Under the pieces are notes generated by a model. It had not been told where the DNA came from and ran no database searches. It saw only the letters and a list, made by a program, of their open reading frames with translations. The translations under genes and the position numbers were made by a program. Shown piece after piece: positions 1 to 14,648 of a stretch of DNA of 64,000 bases. Positions within the stretch are counted from its first letter, which is position 1. Every line of letters begins with the position of its first letter. Origin of the DNA: Trichoplax adhaerens (Eukaryota > Animalia > Placozoa); contig NW_002060946.1 in assembly GCF_000150275.1 (NCBI RefSeq), forward strand, positions 3,181,454-3,245,453, read 5' to 3'.

Positions 1-700
1 GTCGTCTGCTTTAATTTACCTTTATTGAATCTATTATGAGAGTGCGCGAGGATAATGTAACTAATAGAAAGCAGCATAATATCCTTCTGAATAAATCTCT
101 GACATAATGCCAAATTTAAATCAATTTCCGATAAAGTACGGCTTTCACTTAATGAAATTTTGATACTCCACTCTTACTTTTTGTAATAACTATTACTCAT
201 GCTTTCATAGCCAGAATTTTAAGCATTTATAAAATAAATCTCTTTACTTAATACTATAGTCATAAACGGAGTAGCTTTATCGGCAAGAATTTATAATTTA
301 GATACTCCATCCTTAATTGTATTCACTTCCATTATGTTTCCAAGTAATAGTTTCAATATAGCGTGTAAAATATGTATTATATATAGCATAAACGAAACAT
401 TGTAGTTTAGCTCGCCAGATTCGATTACCAGCCGGGAATAAGTAGCATATATTAATCACGCACTTTAGACTATAATAAGAAACAGTAACAGTGGCTATTA
501 AGTGCATTGTATGGATATCCTTTTAACAAAGCTATTCGACCTATTAAAGGCAATTGAAGATATTAACTGTCACTTGACACCATTGCCTATAATGTTATTA
601 GATCAAAGTTCAAAAAAGTTTAATCTTTATGAAATCAACTTCTTGAAAACAAATTATTTAATAAGTAGTCCTTTAAGAAGACTAATTTAATTCTTTTCGT
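1..700 (+). pseudogene. Possible decayed leucine-rich-repeat exons
   Basis: Short LRR-like peptides interrupted by stops, e.g. RLSLNEILILHSYFL**LL (~138-200) and LLTKLFDLLKAIEDI (~520-565); no long ORF. Confidence 0.25.
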
Positions 701-1041
701 ACAGCTATTGTCAAAAACAAGACACGATGAATAAAAATTCTAATAAACTAAGGCCATTCTGTAATTTTATTGAAAGTAAAATAGCATTTTAAGGTTAAAT
801 CTATGAAACGATACAAAGGAAAAAACTAATGCGTTTTCAGAGCTGTTTCCATAGTTAACGGAATCAGATTAAGTTATAAATATATGTCAAGCAAAGTTAA
901 TATACCGATAGGGAAATCTTTGTTAGACACCGACAGCTTAATTAATTATACATTTCAATTTAATTAAGAAATAACTCCGTTGTATATCGTCTTATATTAC
1001 CATCTGCCTTTAAGTAGGAAATCTTTAATCAAATTACTATC

Positions 1042-2163
1042 ATGATTACCCTGAAAAATTCAACGATATCCCCTGATCAGTTAGATATTACCGCCTTTTC
1101 ATCTGTTGCCTCCTTTATACACCCTCTTATTTTGCAAATCATCTACATCGCTATTATTGCCGTTGGATTTATCGCTAATTTTCTGATATGTTCACTACTT
1201 ACTTTGAACCAATCGTTAATGAATAAATTCCCTTCTTGCCGATTTATCTTCCTTTTGGCGGTAGTAGATGCTTTAACTGTAATCCTAGTTCTAGTTTCGC
1301 CATCATTTGAGATTCTTGGCTCATCATATCCCTATCCGCGTGGCAATATATCAGGTCCAGTGTTTTGCGCCTTTATTGGCTCAGACTTTTTTATTTGGGG
1401 CTTCGGCTTTGTATCTGTCTATACTATAACTAGTTTAAGTATAGAAAGGATGAGCTCTGTTGTATGGCCCAATGTCCATCATTCCTTGTTTCGAACTTAT
1501 CGCATGTATTATATCATGATTTTGGTATTCATTATCGGTTTGGCGTTATCCATTCCCAACATTTTACATGTCCGATACTTTCATGATCAAACGATTCCTT
1601 GTATATGCTTGCCATTAACGGATATCGTTTTCACTAATACTGTCGTCTATTTCACGCTGATAGCCCTACAATTTATTATACCGTTCACAATTACATTTAT
1701 TAGCTATGTTACATTTGCATATCAAATTCGTAAGACAAAATTTAGCTCGCCGTCGAATCAGTATGCTGTAAACATGGGGCGAAATTCAATACGAAATAAG
1801 CAAGTAATAAGTGCAGGATGCCTTAGTAATAATGCTACATCACCTACACTAGAAACATGGCGTCGGCAAACTAAACGAATATCGATCATTTCAATAATGA
1901 TTACATTAGCATTTTTTATTTGCTGGTTTCCAAATCAGCTCATTTACACATTGGTTCAGCTTCAGATCTTCAAATCTAAAAATCCATGGCTAAATATCCG
2001 TGCAGTACTTGTAATCTCAAGCTCAGCTATTAATCCAGTTATTTATGTAGTTATTGACCCAAATTTTCGAAAGCTATTTTGGGATACACTCAAACAAATA
2101 ACGCATAAACTTCCTGGCAGGTTAATATCCAATACTGCGAGTTTGCTACGTGTCAAAACTTGA
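1042..2163 (+). CDS. Intronless class A (rhodopsin-like) GPCR, peptide-receptor-like
   Basis: 373 aa with 7 hydrophobic segments; TM1 GFIAN, TM2 LAVVD, TM3 LSIERM (DRY equivalent), TM6 CWFP, TM7 NPVIY, helix 8 NFR. Confidence 0.95.
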   Translation: MITLKNSTISPDQLDITAFSSVASFIHPLILQIIYIAIIAVGFIANFLICSLLTLNQSLMNKFPSCRFIFLLAVVDALTVILVLVSPSFEILGSSYPYPRGNISGPVFCAFIGSDFFIWGFGFVSVYTITSLSIERMSSVVWPNVHHSLFRTYRMYYIMILVFIIGLALSIPNILHVRYFHDQTIPCICLPLTDIVFTNTVVYFTLIALQFIIPFTITFISYVTFAYQIRKTKFSSPSNQYAVNMGRNSIRNKQVISAGCLSNNATSPTLETWRRQTKRISIISIMITLAFFICWFPNQLIYTLVQLQIFKSKNPWLNIRAVLVISSSAINPVIYVVIDPNFRKLFWDTLKQITHKLPGRLISNTASLLRVKT

Positions 2164-3249
2164 CATGTATTACCAAGATGTTAGAAAAGTAGAAAATTAA
2201 TATTGAGGTACTTTACTTCTATATATCGAAATGATGCTACTGGACTATATTATAATCCGCCATTATTATATGTCGGGTGCCGATTCTTATGATGTCTTGA
2301 AGTATCATGGCAAAATCAATAGAAATTACGAAATTAGCATGCACTTTCTCATTGAGCAACCTATTTGGTGTTGCAATTTAACCTGAACCTGTGACTACAG
2401 AGGATCTGAAGGATATGTAGCTGGATGCAAATACAAGACTCTATTTATCGAAAGAAAAAGATCCATGAAATGAATGAAATGGGCTGTCAGAAACAGAATT
2501 TCGACACTAGCATTAAAATTACCAGCTGAATTCTTAGCGACTACTTGCTTTAACCAATGATAGTGAACAACCCCTCAACTTTACTGGTGATCACTAAATA
2601 GTCATAAACTGTATGACCATAGCACATCCTTGAACTTTTCGATCCATCTTATTTTTAACAGATAAAATTTACAACAATCGAAAAGACTGACAAAAATCTG
2701 TTGGCAATGCTTTGAAATAATTTCGATTCTAATTAAAGTAGTATATTTCATCGTTATGTTTGTCTTATCAAAATACATTTATTTGATATAATACTCATAT
2801 ACCTCCTGTCTACGTGCCATAAACATTACGAATGATCATCGTGTTTTGTTATTTATTGGTCATATCAACTAGCTAAATATAGTTAATAAATCTTTCGATA
2901 ATCCCAGGAGAGCCATTGACCTCATAAGGCAAGTTTAGAATACAGAAGCAATTAAGTCAAATTAACGATAGAACTAGATATTTCACCTATCCAATGGTAC
3001 ATTTATAATTTTTTACTCCTTTAACTTTAGGAAACTCTTATTTTTAAATGCCTTACTCAAAATCTGCCTAGAATGTTGTAGCATAGTGTATTTTGGGCGC
3101 ACAATATCTTGCTAAATAATTAATATATTCAAAATCTTCTATTCACATTTACACCGCTATAAATGGATAGTATACCGTAAATTAATAAAATTCTTCAATC
3201 TTAATAAAATTTGTATTGAAATTAATGCATTTGGATAGTAATATCCAAA

Positions 3250-4500
3250 TAAACGATGTTCTTGTTGCAGTTCGGTATATCGTGATGAGACGGAGCTGGA
3301 AGTTAGCTTACGAAGTACTCCAACTATCGGATAGCTGATATGCTCGACCTACTCGCGCAATACAGCATGGTAATCTTCGGTTAAGTAATACTTTATTTCT
3401 CTATTAACAACACTGCACGTAACCGTGGGGTAAGAATAATGCAATGCACAATGCATTACAGATGAATCCTCCGTTATTGCCAAGCAATACAGGGTTTATA
3501 ATATTTGAGAAGAAATTCAACTTACTAATCGTAGACGCTCGACTACGAGCTCTGAGGAAACTACTGACTCCCGAATACTTGAATACTATACTATTTAAAT
3601 ACAAGTATTCGCAATGGATGGTACGTGCTTACAAACAAGACTGATACTCGTATGTCCTTTACGCGCAATTTACATTCTAAACTGTACGCAACTACAAAAC
3701 TAAGATTACAACAGTTCTATGTGTCAATGCTATAGAATAAATTATAATCCAAAACTTTAAACCTTGATGAACAGAGTAAAGAGTTAAACCCCACCAATCC
3801 AATAATCGAATTCCAAATATTAGTTGTCCGTAAGGATAATGGGATCGGCTCAATATGTAATGTTTCTTTATTTGATTAGCTATAGCAATAGAATAGCTCT
3901 TAAAAATAAGAATACAATAAGGCGCTAAAATTATGATAAAATCTTATGTTACTATTAAATATCATTTAACGAAAATTGTGCCCAATCTCATCCATAACGG
4001 AATACAAATCGAATACCAGGTGATCTCACAACGAAACGTGCGGTAACCCAATGATTTGAGAATCTCTACCAAATTATTTCATCTAAAGCTATTGATGCTG
4101 TTTTCATCATGTATTAACGTCCAATGCGTATCGATATTATTGGTTCTATTTAATGATGGACTGATATCAGTAATATTGACAAAATATAATGTTAAGCATC
4201 TCCCTTACTATCCCGTAGCTTGTACGTAATTGTATATCAAATTGCAAGATATAAATTGTATAACAGGGCGATGGGATAATATGCTTGTGAAAGTATTGTG
4301 TTATAACGTATAGTAGCACCAAAAGTAGTTTAAAATTGAAGTTGATATCTTCTAGACGAAACAACTTTATTGTAATAAAGTTAAGTAAGGAATTGCAGCT
4401 TATTTATGATATTCGAAGACGCTTTATCAACACTGCCTCATGCATGACGATAACTTTGTAGAAATATACGGTAATCCTTTCAAACGAATAACACTAATAC
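3250..4500 (-). pseudogene. Possible decayed GPCR fragments between the two intact paralogs
   Basis: TM1-like GGFICNALCIALFL (~3430-3475) and TM5-like IIPSPCYTIYIL (~4245-4285) in short stop-bounded frames. Confidence 0.25.
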
Positions 4501-5495
4501 TTTGAGTTGCTATATACATCCATTCGGTATAAAAACTATAATTGCCTGAAATTAGCATTAAAACACAAACAACTGTTTGATATAAGCTATGCTAAACTAT
4601 AATAAGGTGCAATACCAATCTCAATGCATGTCGCAGCAGTTTTTCTAATGCTTTCATTAGCTAGCAAATTTTTATTTAAATTGTTCTAAATTTATTAAAC
4701 TTTAGAGTGTTTTTAAAATGAAACATGTATGATTTTATACATGATATCAATTACCATACGATAAATTTCTCATTACCATATTTAACCCCAAATTTTTACT
4801 TATTTGTTTCAATATAGACACATTCTGTCGATATCCAAGTTTTGATTAAGATATAATAGCATGCTTTGCCAATACTTTTATTTAGTAAGCTATTGATGAT
4901 ATTCTCATCAGCTTCTTTAAATAGATATTTTTATCATGATTTTTTTACAGCTTCAGAAAATATATTATTATGATTAAGTACCGCTATAGAAATACGCAAA
5001 GTTTGATAACACTCCCACAATAAAAATTTAAATACAATTACATGGTGATTTAAATTCGATCTACAATCCATCTTACCAATAAAATTATCTTACTCATCGA
5101 TTATAGTACAAAATTAGGCTAAGATGATTTTTTAATTTACGATTATCTTAGAATGACTTATTTTACTCGATTTCGATAATTTACGCGACATATCCTTAAT
5201 AAATACTGTTACTTTAGTGGCTATTAAAAAAATAGCGTTCTATGTGTTACGGTGCGGTATGAATAGAACTGAAAATATAAATCTAACTATTTCTCCGAGA
5301 ATTATCTGTATTTTTCAACGGTACATTAATTTTCATGTTGGCTCTTGTATAATTGTAGATTGTAACTGAGTTTATGGACAAAGATCATTCAGAATTATTA
5401 ATTGTCGATATTAGTAAGTTGAATTGAATGGCGGCAATATGATTTTGCCAAAGCAATTTACCAATCGCTGATCTCTCTGTACATGAGCTAAAATA

Positions 5496-6539
5496 TCATG
5501 GTACCTGCATGTGAACTTTTTTTCGTCTTAATCCCCAAAACCGACGACGACATATCTTACAAAATGTTTGCATCATAAGTTTTCTATAATTCTTATTAAA
5601 AATCACATAGACAAAAGGATTGAGTGAAGAATTTGCTATCACTAGTATTTTAGTTAACAAGTGTATACTAGTCAATGTCTCTACAACCTTTAACTGTACG
5701 AGAAGGAAATAGATTTGATTCGGCAGCCAACATATAATCAAGATAATGGATGCTGCAAAAATCATTAACGTTACTTGTCTTTTAACTCGACGATTATTAA
5801 CAGATTTTATACTATGGGTCATACTAACATCCATGATGCTAATCTTTCTTATTTTACATGCAATAATGGTATAGCAAGTGGATATAATAGTGGAAGGAAG
5901 AAGAAACTGCATTACAAATATCACTGTGTAAAGTATTGTATTAATTTGCTCATTTTTAGTTAATGGTACCCATTTACATGGTTTCTTTACATATGGTTCG
6001 TATCTGCTTTGAAATGGATTTGCCATAGCTATGATTAGCCCCAACACAATTAAACCTGCAATCATCATGTTGACATTGGAAGATGTGAACAATTTTTTAT
6101 AGTATCTCGGTTGGACAACCATATACAGTCTTTCAATGCTTAAAATAGCAATGGTGTACACAGAAGTAAATCCAAATGCCCATATGAAATATTCTGAGCC
6201 GATAACTGCACAAAATATAGGACCAATAGAGCGATCCCGTGGATAAGGATAATTATCACCAAAGACTTGGCCAACCGGCGAAATAATTACTATAATAACC
6301 GTTAGAACATCGACGGTAGCAAGTAAGAGGATAAAACGATTGGAAGCTTGATTTAATAATGATCGATGTGACAGGAAGAGTAGACAGATCATAAAGTTAT
6401 CAATAATTGCTAAAATTGCAAAAAAGACGTAAAGAACTGGGATGACGTTAGTCGTTTGTGTTGAGTTTTCATGAGTTGCTGGCGTAGAAGTTCTATTGTC
6501 ATTAAGACTTTCGTTGATCGATGCGATTAGATTGCACAT
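5496..6539 (-). CDS. Intronless class A GPCR, paralog of 1042-2163
   Basis: 347 aa 7TM protein; LATVD, LSIERL, CWLP, NPFVY; shares YPYPR..GP.FCA.IGS..F.W.FGF.SVYTI with the + strand copy. Confidence 0.95.
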   Translation of the reverse strand: MCNLIASINESLNDNRTSTPATHENSTQTTNVIPVLYVFFAILAIIDNFMICLLFLSHRSLLNQASNRFILLLATVDVLTVIIVIISPVGQVFGDNYPYPRDRSIGPIFCAVIGSEYFIWAFGFTSVYTIAILSIERLYMVVQPRYYKKLFTSSNVNMMIAGLIVLGLIIAMANPFQSRYEPYVKKPCKWVPLTKNEQINTILYTVIFVMQFLLPSTIISTCYTIIACKIRKISIMDVSMTHSIKSVNNRRVKRQVTLMIFAASIILIICWLPNQIYFLLVQLKVVETLTSIHLLTKILVIANSSLNPFVYVIFNKNYRKLMMQTFCKICRRRFWGLRRKKVHMQVP

Positions 6540-7199
6540 TTCGGAACATCAATACTATATAAAAGTTAAAGTAAAGACAAAATGAGAAGATTAGCTTGTT
6601 AGAAAATACAGGATTAAGGTAATAAACGAACTCATAGATAAGTTGACGATTAATGAATTTTATTTAATTTTGCTTTACGGTTATCATTTGTGCGATATAC
6701 TTGTCTCAGAGCTAAAATAATTGTATACAGTTCAATATGTCAATAATATAATTGGCTTTAATAAAACTAAAGGAGTATTTAGAGTTAGTTAACTTCTACC
6801 TAAAAGTCTATTACTGCTGCACTTGGCATGATATCAACATACTCTTAGGAAGATGATATAACTATCGGACATACGGTAAAATCAAGTGGCTATCAATTAA
6901 TAAATTTATACCGTGCTAGTCTTTGCCTCAACGAGGTTGTAATTTTTGTACTCTATTAACGATAAGAAAGATTTATTTAATAAAAAATTTATAGTCGCTA
7001 GACTTGATAACAAATTTTCACCAATGTAAAATGATTTGAACTCTGCAAATCAATGATACTAATAATTAATGCATGATTGTTTTATGAAATAAATTTATAT
7101 TAAGTGCATTTTAGTATTGCAGAGAACGACAAAGTTGGATGATACCAGTAATCCTCAATTATCCAATAATTAATATGAGATCTTCGTTAGCCAAGCGAC

Positions 7200-9200
7200 A
7201 ATAACTGATATTTATGAGTTAATGAAAGAAATCTATGTGCATGGAAATGTTGGAAAGTGCCATACGGTATATTTAAGCACACATCCAAAATTTATCTTTT
7301 TAATCAATAGTTCCTAGATGAATTTGTGACATTATATTTCGTTAAAAGTTTCAACTGCAGTATAGGTATTATTGAAAGATATTAATTTGCAGCGGTCTTA
7401 AAGCTAGTGGAGCATGGAATTCTCTTGAATATTTAATGTGAGTAGCTTAAAATAATTATGACTGAAGATGATAGGAATTGTCATTGAAAGTGGGTATGAA
7501 AATGAATTCATTTCAAATTATTATTAGCTATAGGAACTTACAAATAGTATTTATAGTCAAATAAATAAAGGAATTGTACTTTTATCAATGCTAAATGTAT
7601 TAGATTTAAAGGCTAACATTTTAAATTTATTCAGATATTATCACAATATTACTCCTATTCTGTTATTGAAATATTAGGCCAGCGTTAATATATGTAGCAT
7701 AATTGAGACTTATTTCTACTTCATCATAATGATTATAATATTGATGAAATATCTGTTAGAGGTAAAATTAGACTGATAATTAATTAGTAATTAAGGACAA
7801 TTCATAATCGAAATTCGAACTAAAATATTTACAAAGAACAAGCCAGACTTTGACTGAATACGTACATTAAAATTTATATATTTTAATTCAAATTATCGAT
7901 TAAGAATCCTGCTAGATTCTGTATTCATAGCTGCTTGTAAAAGAGGAACTGTAAATAATTATGCTAGTTACCAGAACATCCGTGAATGTCAAATTTTAGA
8001 ATTAAATTAATGATACTGTGTCAGGTCACAATGAGCTAGAATTTGTCTTAATTTAAAAAGATATAATTAATGCAATCAATTTATGCACAGAAATACGTAC
8101 GGATGTGTCTATATATCACAACAATTACTGATTAGAATATGGTACAAATTTAATGACTAACAGATCTAACTAATTATTCTTGATAGATATTAATGAAGAC
8201 TAATTTCATAAGAGTGGGATGTTAGAATGTAGTGGAAATGAACGAATTACAAACCTTTCAGTAATAACAGCTATTCTAAAATACATACGTATCTGGGATA
8301 ATAATCAAGCATTAGATTTTTGTTAAGTTATAGAGAGCACCTTAAAATAAATTTTATAGATGTATCGACAAAATTATTCAGATACTGTGCCAATAATTAC
8401 TTGATTGTCGATAATTCATAGTCGTATTATTTTCGTATCCGCAATAAAATTAAAGCAATAACTAGTAATCTTAGATCTTAAATGGTTCTTCTTTAATAGT
8501 AGTAGCTGAAAATGGATAATCATAAATAGCATATTAATTTATGGTTTAGAGCAACTTCTTACAGTCTAAGATAAAACAAAAGCCAAAAGCTGGAGAATAT
8601 TGTAATTTTTCTTATGAAAATACTTGACTTCTATTAGTAGATTAATATTCCGTTATGTAAGTCTATTTTGCGAGATATTAGTTTAAGTAAACCAAATTAA
8701 AGCGCCAATAACACTACAAAGGGTTAAGTAATTATTCTAGCGGTAAAAAGTATAATAACATATTGTAACTTTGACTCTAACAACTCATTTAAGATAAATA
8801 GCAGTTTACACTAGTGACATGGGTTATACCAAAATTAAATTCTTCTGCTTCAATCTATTGAAACTTGGAATACCAATAACATTCAAATTACGTATATTAC
8901 GTTCTTTAATCCTAAAGTGTTAAAAATTAGTTTTGCTTTACTGATTAGCCATCATAGAGTAACGTAAATATATGAATATTATGATAGTTATTTTCTTGAG
9001 ATCATAAAACTCTGATCAAAAATTATGTTAATGGTACCAATTAGACAGTCATATCTTCCCTGGTGAGACACTACATCCAAATTTAATTCACTTTACTCTC
9101 TACGATATCGTCAAAATTTTTTCCAGAATTAAAAAAATTTATGGTTATACTTTTAATTCAAACAATAGTAATATTACTTCAACTAAATTGATTAATTTTA
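7200..9200 (-). pseudogene. Possible decayed LRR exon array (minus strand)
   Basis: Scattered LRR-like pieces (LLTLNIQENS, FNNRIGVIL, KSNTFSID, TTIKEEPFKI, KLF*GALYNLTKI) with stops and frameshifts. Confidence 0.3.
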
Positions 9201-10506
9201 AGTATCCTTAGTAGCAGTTTTCTTACGGAAAAGCTGTATTCATCAACAACTGTAGAGCGGCAAATTTTTTGATCAATTTCATGAAACGCTTTACGATGTG
9301 AAGGAGATATTCTACTAGTAATCTAAGTGGATGGTTTTTATTATTATTATAATAAATAACGTTAGTATCTTTATTGACCTCTATCCAATAATCATAATTG
9401 TTCATCGCAGTATCTCAAATTATAAACAGTAAATTTGTCATAGTAATACTTAATAGTGCTTTTAAAGATTAAATAGTAAAATCATGACGTAATGAATTGA
9501 TAGCCGCTAGATTTAAGGTGAAAAATTTTAAAATAGAAAGATGATTGTATTACTTTCAACGATCCACGCCGATAATAATTATAAATATAAAAATTACCCT
9601 AATTAATTATGAAAGAATCAACAAGATAATTATTGATTTTCATCGATTTTGCGTCACTCTTTGATCTAAACAACAAAAATTTAGATAAAATTATTCCGTA
9701 AACGTATTCATTATCTTTATAACGAAAAACATTTTCTATTAATGTTATTTAATCAGGTAAAGTATTCATCAATAGCATCTATTTCAAATGAATAGAAAAT
9801 AATTGTTAGTTATCGTAGTCTTCCTTGGGCCTTGGAAAGTATTGTATTTCATTATTTACCTTGGTATTATAAGGATTATAACTTAATCCTCTAGATTGAA
9901 TATGACAAAATTCAAATTAGCCTCATCGCCACAAATGAATATCGCAATCTGTAAAATAATAAATTGGAATTGTTAAGGGAATTTGTATAACAATACTGGA
10001 TTAGCATTCACAACAATAGATTCACAAATGCCCTAGCTCCAAATATTTCATGTAGATTCCTGAAATACTCTATTATTAATTATGATTAGTTGCTATTTAT
10101 CGAGTCGCATGCATATCGTTATGTAATTGCTATCGTTGCTATAGATCCCGATGGGCTAATAATTTAGATACAAGTATGATACAAGACCGACACTGGTCTA
10201 TTGCAATTTGATCTATTTCCGTAACTTATTTTCGCCCATACCCCCTTGGGCATGTTTGCTATAACCATAAAATTCTTGACTGATCGTGCATTATTCATTT
10301 AGTTAACTATACGTGTACCGCGATGGATGTAATGGATTTATCTACATCAGTCTTTAATCCAAAGAAGAGTTCTCGTATTCTGTGATCAAGCTTACTGTAT
10401 TTACTAGAAGCATGCTCCGTAGAGAGTTGGACAAGTAAATGGCTTAAAATAACTTTTCAATTCAATTTAAAATTTAGGCTGATCAACTGTACTTGTGAAT
10501 AATCGC

Positions 10507-10543
<37 letters not shown>
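10507..10543. repeat. (TA)n(GA)n compound microsatellite
   Basis: Seen directly in the sequence. Confidence 0.95.
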
Positions 10544-10544
<1 letters not shown>

Positions 10545-13500
10545 AAACAGAATGACTAATAACTTGACAATGTTATTTACCTTCTTAGTATGCAATGTTA
10601 ACCGAGAACCTAATAATATGCTAGTTAGTTAAATTTTTTCTCTCCATATCAATCGTGGTATCACTTAATTAGTCTTAATGGTATAATGCTGACTAACTAC
10701 AGCATATAGATATATAACTATTAGCGCTATTACATTTTATCGATTGTAATTGAAATTGTGAAGAGGCCGTAATGAAAGATCTATTTGCATCCCAACCCCC
10801 ACTAATCAATTGTTTTGTAATTGTCGATGGTATTAAACTTTTGCATAGTTATTGTTTTATTGTTGATTCTGTGCCTTCAATTATCCCAATTACGAGCTTT
10901 ATTTGAAGTTTGGTAATAAAGTAGGAAAAAACTTTTAACTAGTAGAAAACGGCATTTGTCTAATTGTTAAACCGATCATCTTCGTATTTACGTCTCTTAA
11001 AAGCATGCGCGTATAATGAGCTCATAAGGAATGCTGCCATAAACTCTTTATCAAGTTGTTGATGTAAAATTATTGTAGAACAAAGGTTATCCTAATTACA
11101 AAATAATAAATTCTATTAATAATATCGATTTAAATAGCATCAAGATATCTGGTTTAATTAAAGCCTACCATTAAACAAAACTTTCTTATCTATAGGAAAC
11201 GCGACTAGATGCGCTCAGTTTGGTCATCTTCTATTGATTTTATTTACTGCACTTAATATTTCTTGCTTTGACTTATTGTATATGGTCTAAAATATAGTTG
11301 TGATTGTGAATAGACTGAGAGCTTCGTTTTAATCTCTTTAAATACCAAATGTGCATATAAAATAGTATTAGCCATTAAAAACATATTTATATTCAAGTCA
11401 AAAAAAGTTAATAATAGTTAAGATTTTAAATTACTTTGTATAGATAGATGAAGGTAGATTAGAAGCGTTAAGATAAATTTTGACAGCTGGATTGCATTAT
11501 AGCTCATATTGTCATTTTGGCTTAGATTGGTTTTTTTATTCGTCAAATATCCTGAAAACCTTTTCTATTCTCTGTTAATAACAGACTATTTATTAATGCT
11601 AATAAAAATCTTAGGACAGACTTTGATGTTGATATTACCAGATAATCTTTATGAATTTATAATTTAATTTAGTGTTGAATATCTAAAAATTAAGACTATC
11701 TTAATCTTCGTAAACATTTTTTATGGATGACATAATTCTTTTTATAACTTGAGGTATTAGCATGGTCAGCAGTATTTAAATGTAAGGAAGATAATGGATA
11801 AAGTATAGATTGATAGACTTTATTCTTCTGTTTGTGACTTATTTAAATTAATACAAGTATTTTATACTAAGAAAAGCTATAAAAAGATATCATGAACTGT
11901 CTTTATGGTTAAAAATCCCCTGTTACTTAAATTATTATTGTATTTGTAGTAATATCTAAAGCTGTTACATCAGCAAAAACAGCGAACATGTTGTAACTGT
12001 ATACAGACCTATTTATCTAAAGCAAGTATTTACAGAACGTCAAAATAATAATATATTATATATGTTTCAAGACATGAAATAAAAGAACATAAGAATCTGA
12101 AATTCTTCAAACAGTAACATTTGGTAATATATCCTTTACCTAATCTTTTAAGCTAAAGCACTTTAAAATCTATCGGTGTATTACATAGTTTCTGAATCCC
12201 TATATTATTACGTTAACTACTTACTGTACTTCCAATTAACGATGTACCTAGAATGATAAAATAGAAGAAATGTAATATAAAATTAGTCAATATCGGATGC
12301 CTCATAATTAATTCATACAATATATTTCTACCTATTCAATTAAATGTTGTAAAAGGTTCGTAAACTCTCATCATTCTTTCATTTAATAATAAGCTAATTA
12401 TACTGTATTATTTTATTACTGATAGAGAAATTGAACCACCTAGTCAATATTTTAATTTGATATTTCTCTTTAATTAAATTGCCTTTTCTAAATCATAATA
12501 TTTTCCTAGTGTTACTACGATACTCTTAGTCAGGATATAATGATAAGTCAATATCTTCGTATTACCGTTTTTATTGCGATTATGAACGAAAATGCAAGAC
12601 GTCTATTTTATGTCGTATTTAATCATGGATAGATTTTGCTGTAGCCAGTTTATTTTTACTAACATACCGTATTTTTACCACAATCGTAACATTAGTGCTC
12701 CTTAGTATGGTAAAATTGAAAAGAATACTGCTAATTCTCGGGTAATATTTATAATTGTGCTGAACATATCACTTTATCTGTGATTTCTAAAGAGTAGGTA
12801 ACAACATAACAAATGACTAAGCTGTGGTATCTCGAGATCCAGTCTTCTGTCTTGGCTCTTACTTATTTGCCAATTCGTAACAGCACTATCTATTAATACA
12901 AAAAATTGAAAAGATGCTACTCGAGTCCTTAAGCAATACTTACGAATACACCAAGTATATTTCTTTATTTTTGATTTAAAAGTAGGTCAGAATGTAATAA
13001 ATATCTGAATCATGAGATATTGGGTTCTGGTTTTCGGTTTCATTCCTTCAGTCTTCATTTAAATTGATCGGCAAAACTTGATACAGAGCATTTTAATTCC
13101 TTTTTCTAAAGAGATGCTATAGAATCGTTATTATTGGTAACTAGTAATAGTTCATGGAATTTATTAATTAATTAATATCATTTCAACTGAATCGGACTCT
13201 AGCTTGGTCAGCTTTATTGTGTATTAGGCAATTTTAAATCTAGATGCGTGAACGACAATTATTATCATCTCCCTTTTCAATTATTAAATTATCAAAATTT
13301 GAAAACGAAGGTATACTGTTGGGTACAAGTTCTGTTGCCAACGCATTACAATAATAGTAATAACAGCAAACCAATTACTAATTACATGTGTTAAAGTTAA
13401 GTAATTACTAGTATTAATTGGTTATACATGACTTTCCATTTGTGATATAACAAAAATGGACGTAAATTGCCTAAGAAATATATTGATGATCCTAACATCT

Positions 13501-14552
13501 GTTATGCCCTTGAGTAACTTGATGAACGGATAGCAAAATAGTAGTAACATTGAAAATTTATTGATTATTATTATAGTTTAAACAGTTTCAAAAATCTATG
13601 GTCAACTTCTAATGCAATACTACTTTAGTTATTATTCCAAGATAACTCAAAAGGTTCATCATGGCAAGAATGAATGTCTCTCTATTAATGAAGAGTTTTT
13701 ATTTGTTATGTAAATTAACTTCCTCTTTAGCATTGATGATATATTACAAATTTACTTTAAAAAATTTAACTAATACGGTTAATTGAATTTAAGGTAAAAT
13801 CTATTTGAGGTATTTACTAATTGCTTCGGGTACTCTGAATAAGGTTCTACTTATGCACTTACTTTTAAGCTTTTTATTAATTAGCAATTTCTAAGTTAAT
13901 TTCTAAAGGAACATAGCCAACATAATCTCATATTGTAATACTGAATGATGAACAACGAACTGTAAGTAGCTTACTGATTTACAAATCTACGTCTAATAGC
14001 TTCAATACATAACAACTATTATAAAATCACAACAAAATTATAATGAAAAATAAAAACTAAGTAGGTTTAGATAATGATAATCAATTCTTTTAATTTAATA
14101 ACAATTGATTAAGAATAAAATAGGTTGCATAAATATCACCAATACTACTCCAGTTTAGAGTCAAAGTTGAAGCAAAATCAAAATAAGGCAGGTAATAAAG
14201 GTTGCTAGAATCCTTTTAAGATTGTAGATAAAATTTTTCATTTTGCATCATACCTATTCCATTCGAACATCGTACAAATACGAAAGCCACCTAAATTTTA
14301 TTATATACTAGGATAGCAGCGATTAGAATCTCCGAGAATATTATTGCCTAGCAGTGATGTAGTATTCCTTCTCATACGAGTATCAGTATAAAATAAAGAT
14401 ACTTTCATCATCGAGAGGATTGAATAATGCTCAGATAATACACAAGAACACTTTAGAAATAATAAAAAATTGAAGAAGTTATAGTAGTTTTGATGCCTAG
14501 TAGCCTTTACCTAAATACAGTAATATTGCAATAATGCATAAAAGTTGATTAT

Positions 14553-14648
14553 TAATTAGCTATTAATAACTCATGTAGCTGTATTATTCTTCCAGCTTTC
14601 TAATTAGCTATTAATAACCCATGTAGCTGTATTCTTGTTCCAGCTTTC
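14553..14648. repeat. 48-bp tandem duplication (2 copies)
   Basis: taattagctattaataac.catgtagctgtatt.tt.ttccagctttc at 14553 and 14601. Confidence 0.9.

Noticed and set aside
2280-2620. Coding-like composition downstream of GPCR 1
   Set aside because: Multiple stops and no family recognised.
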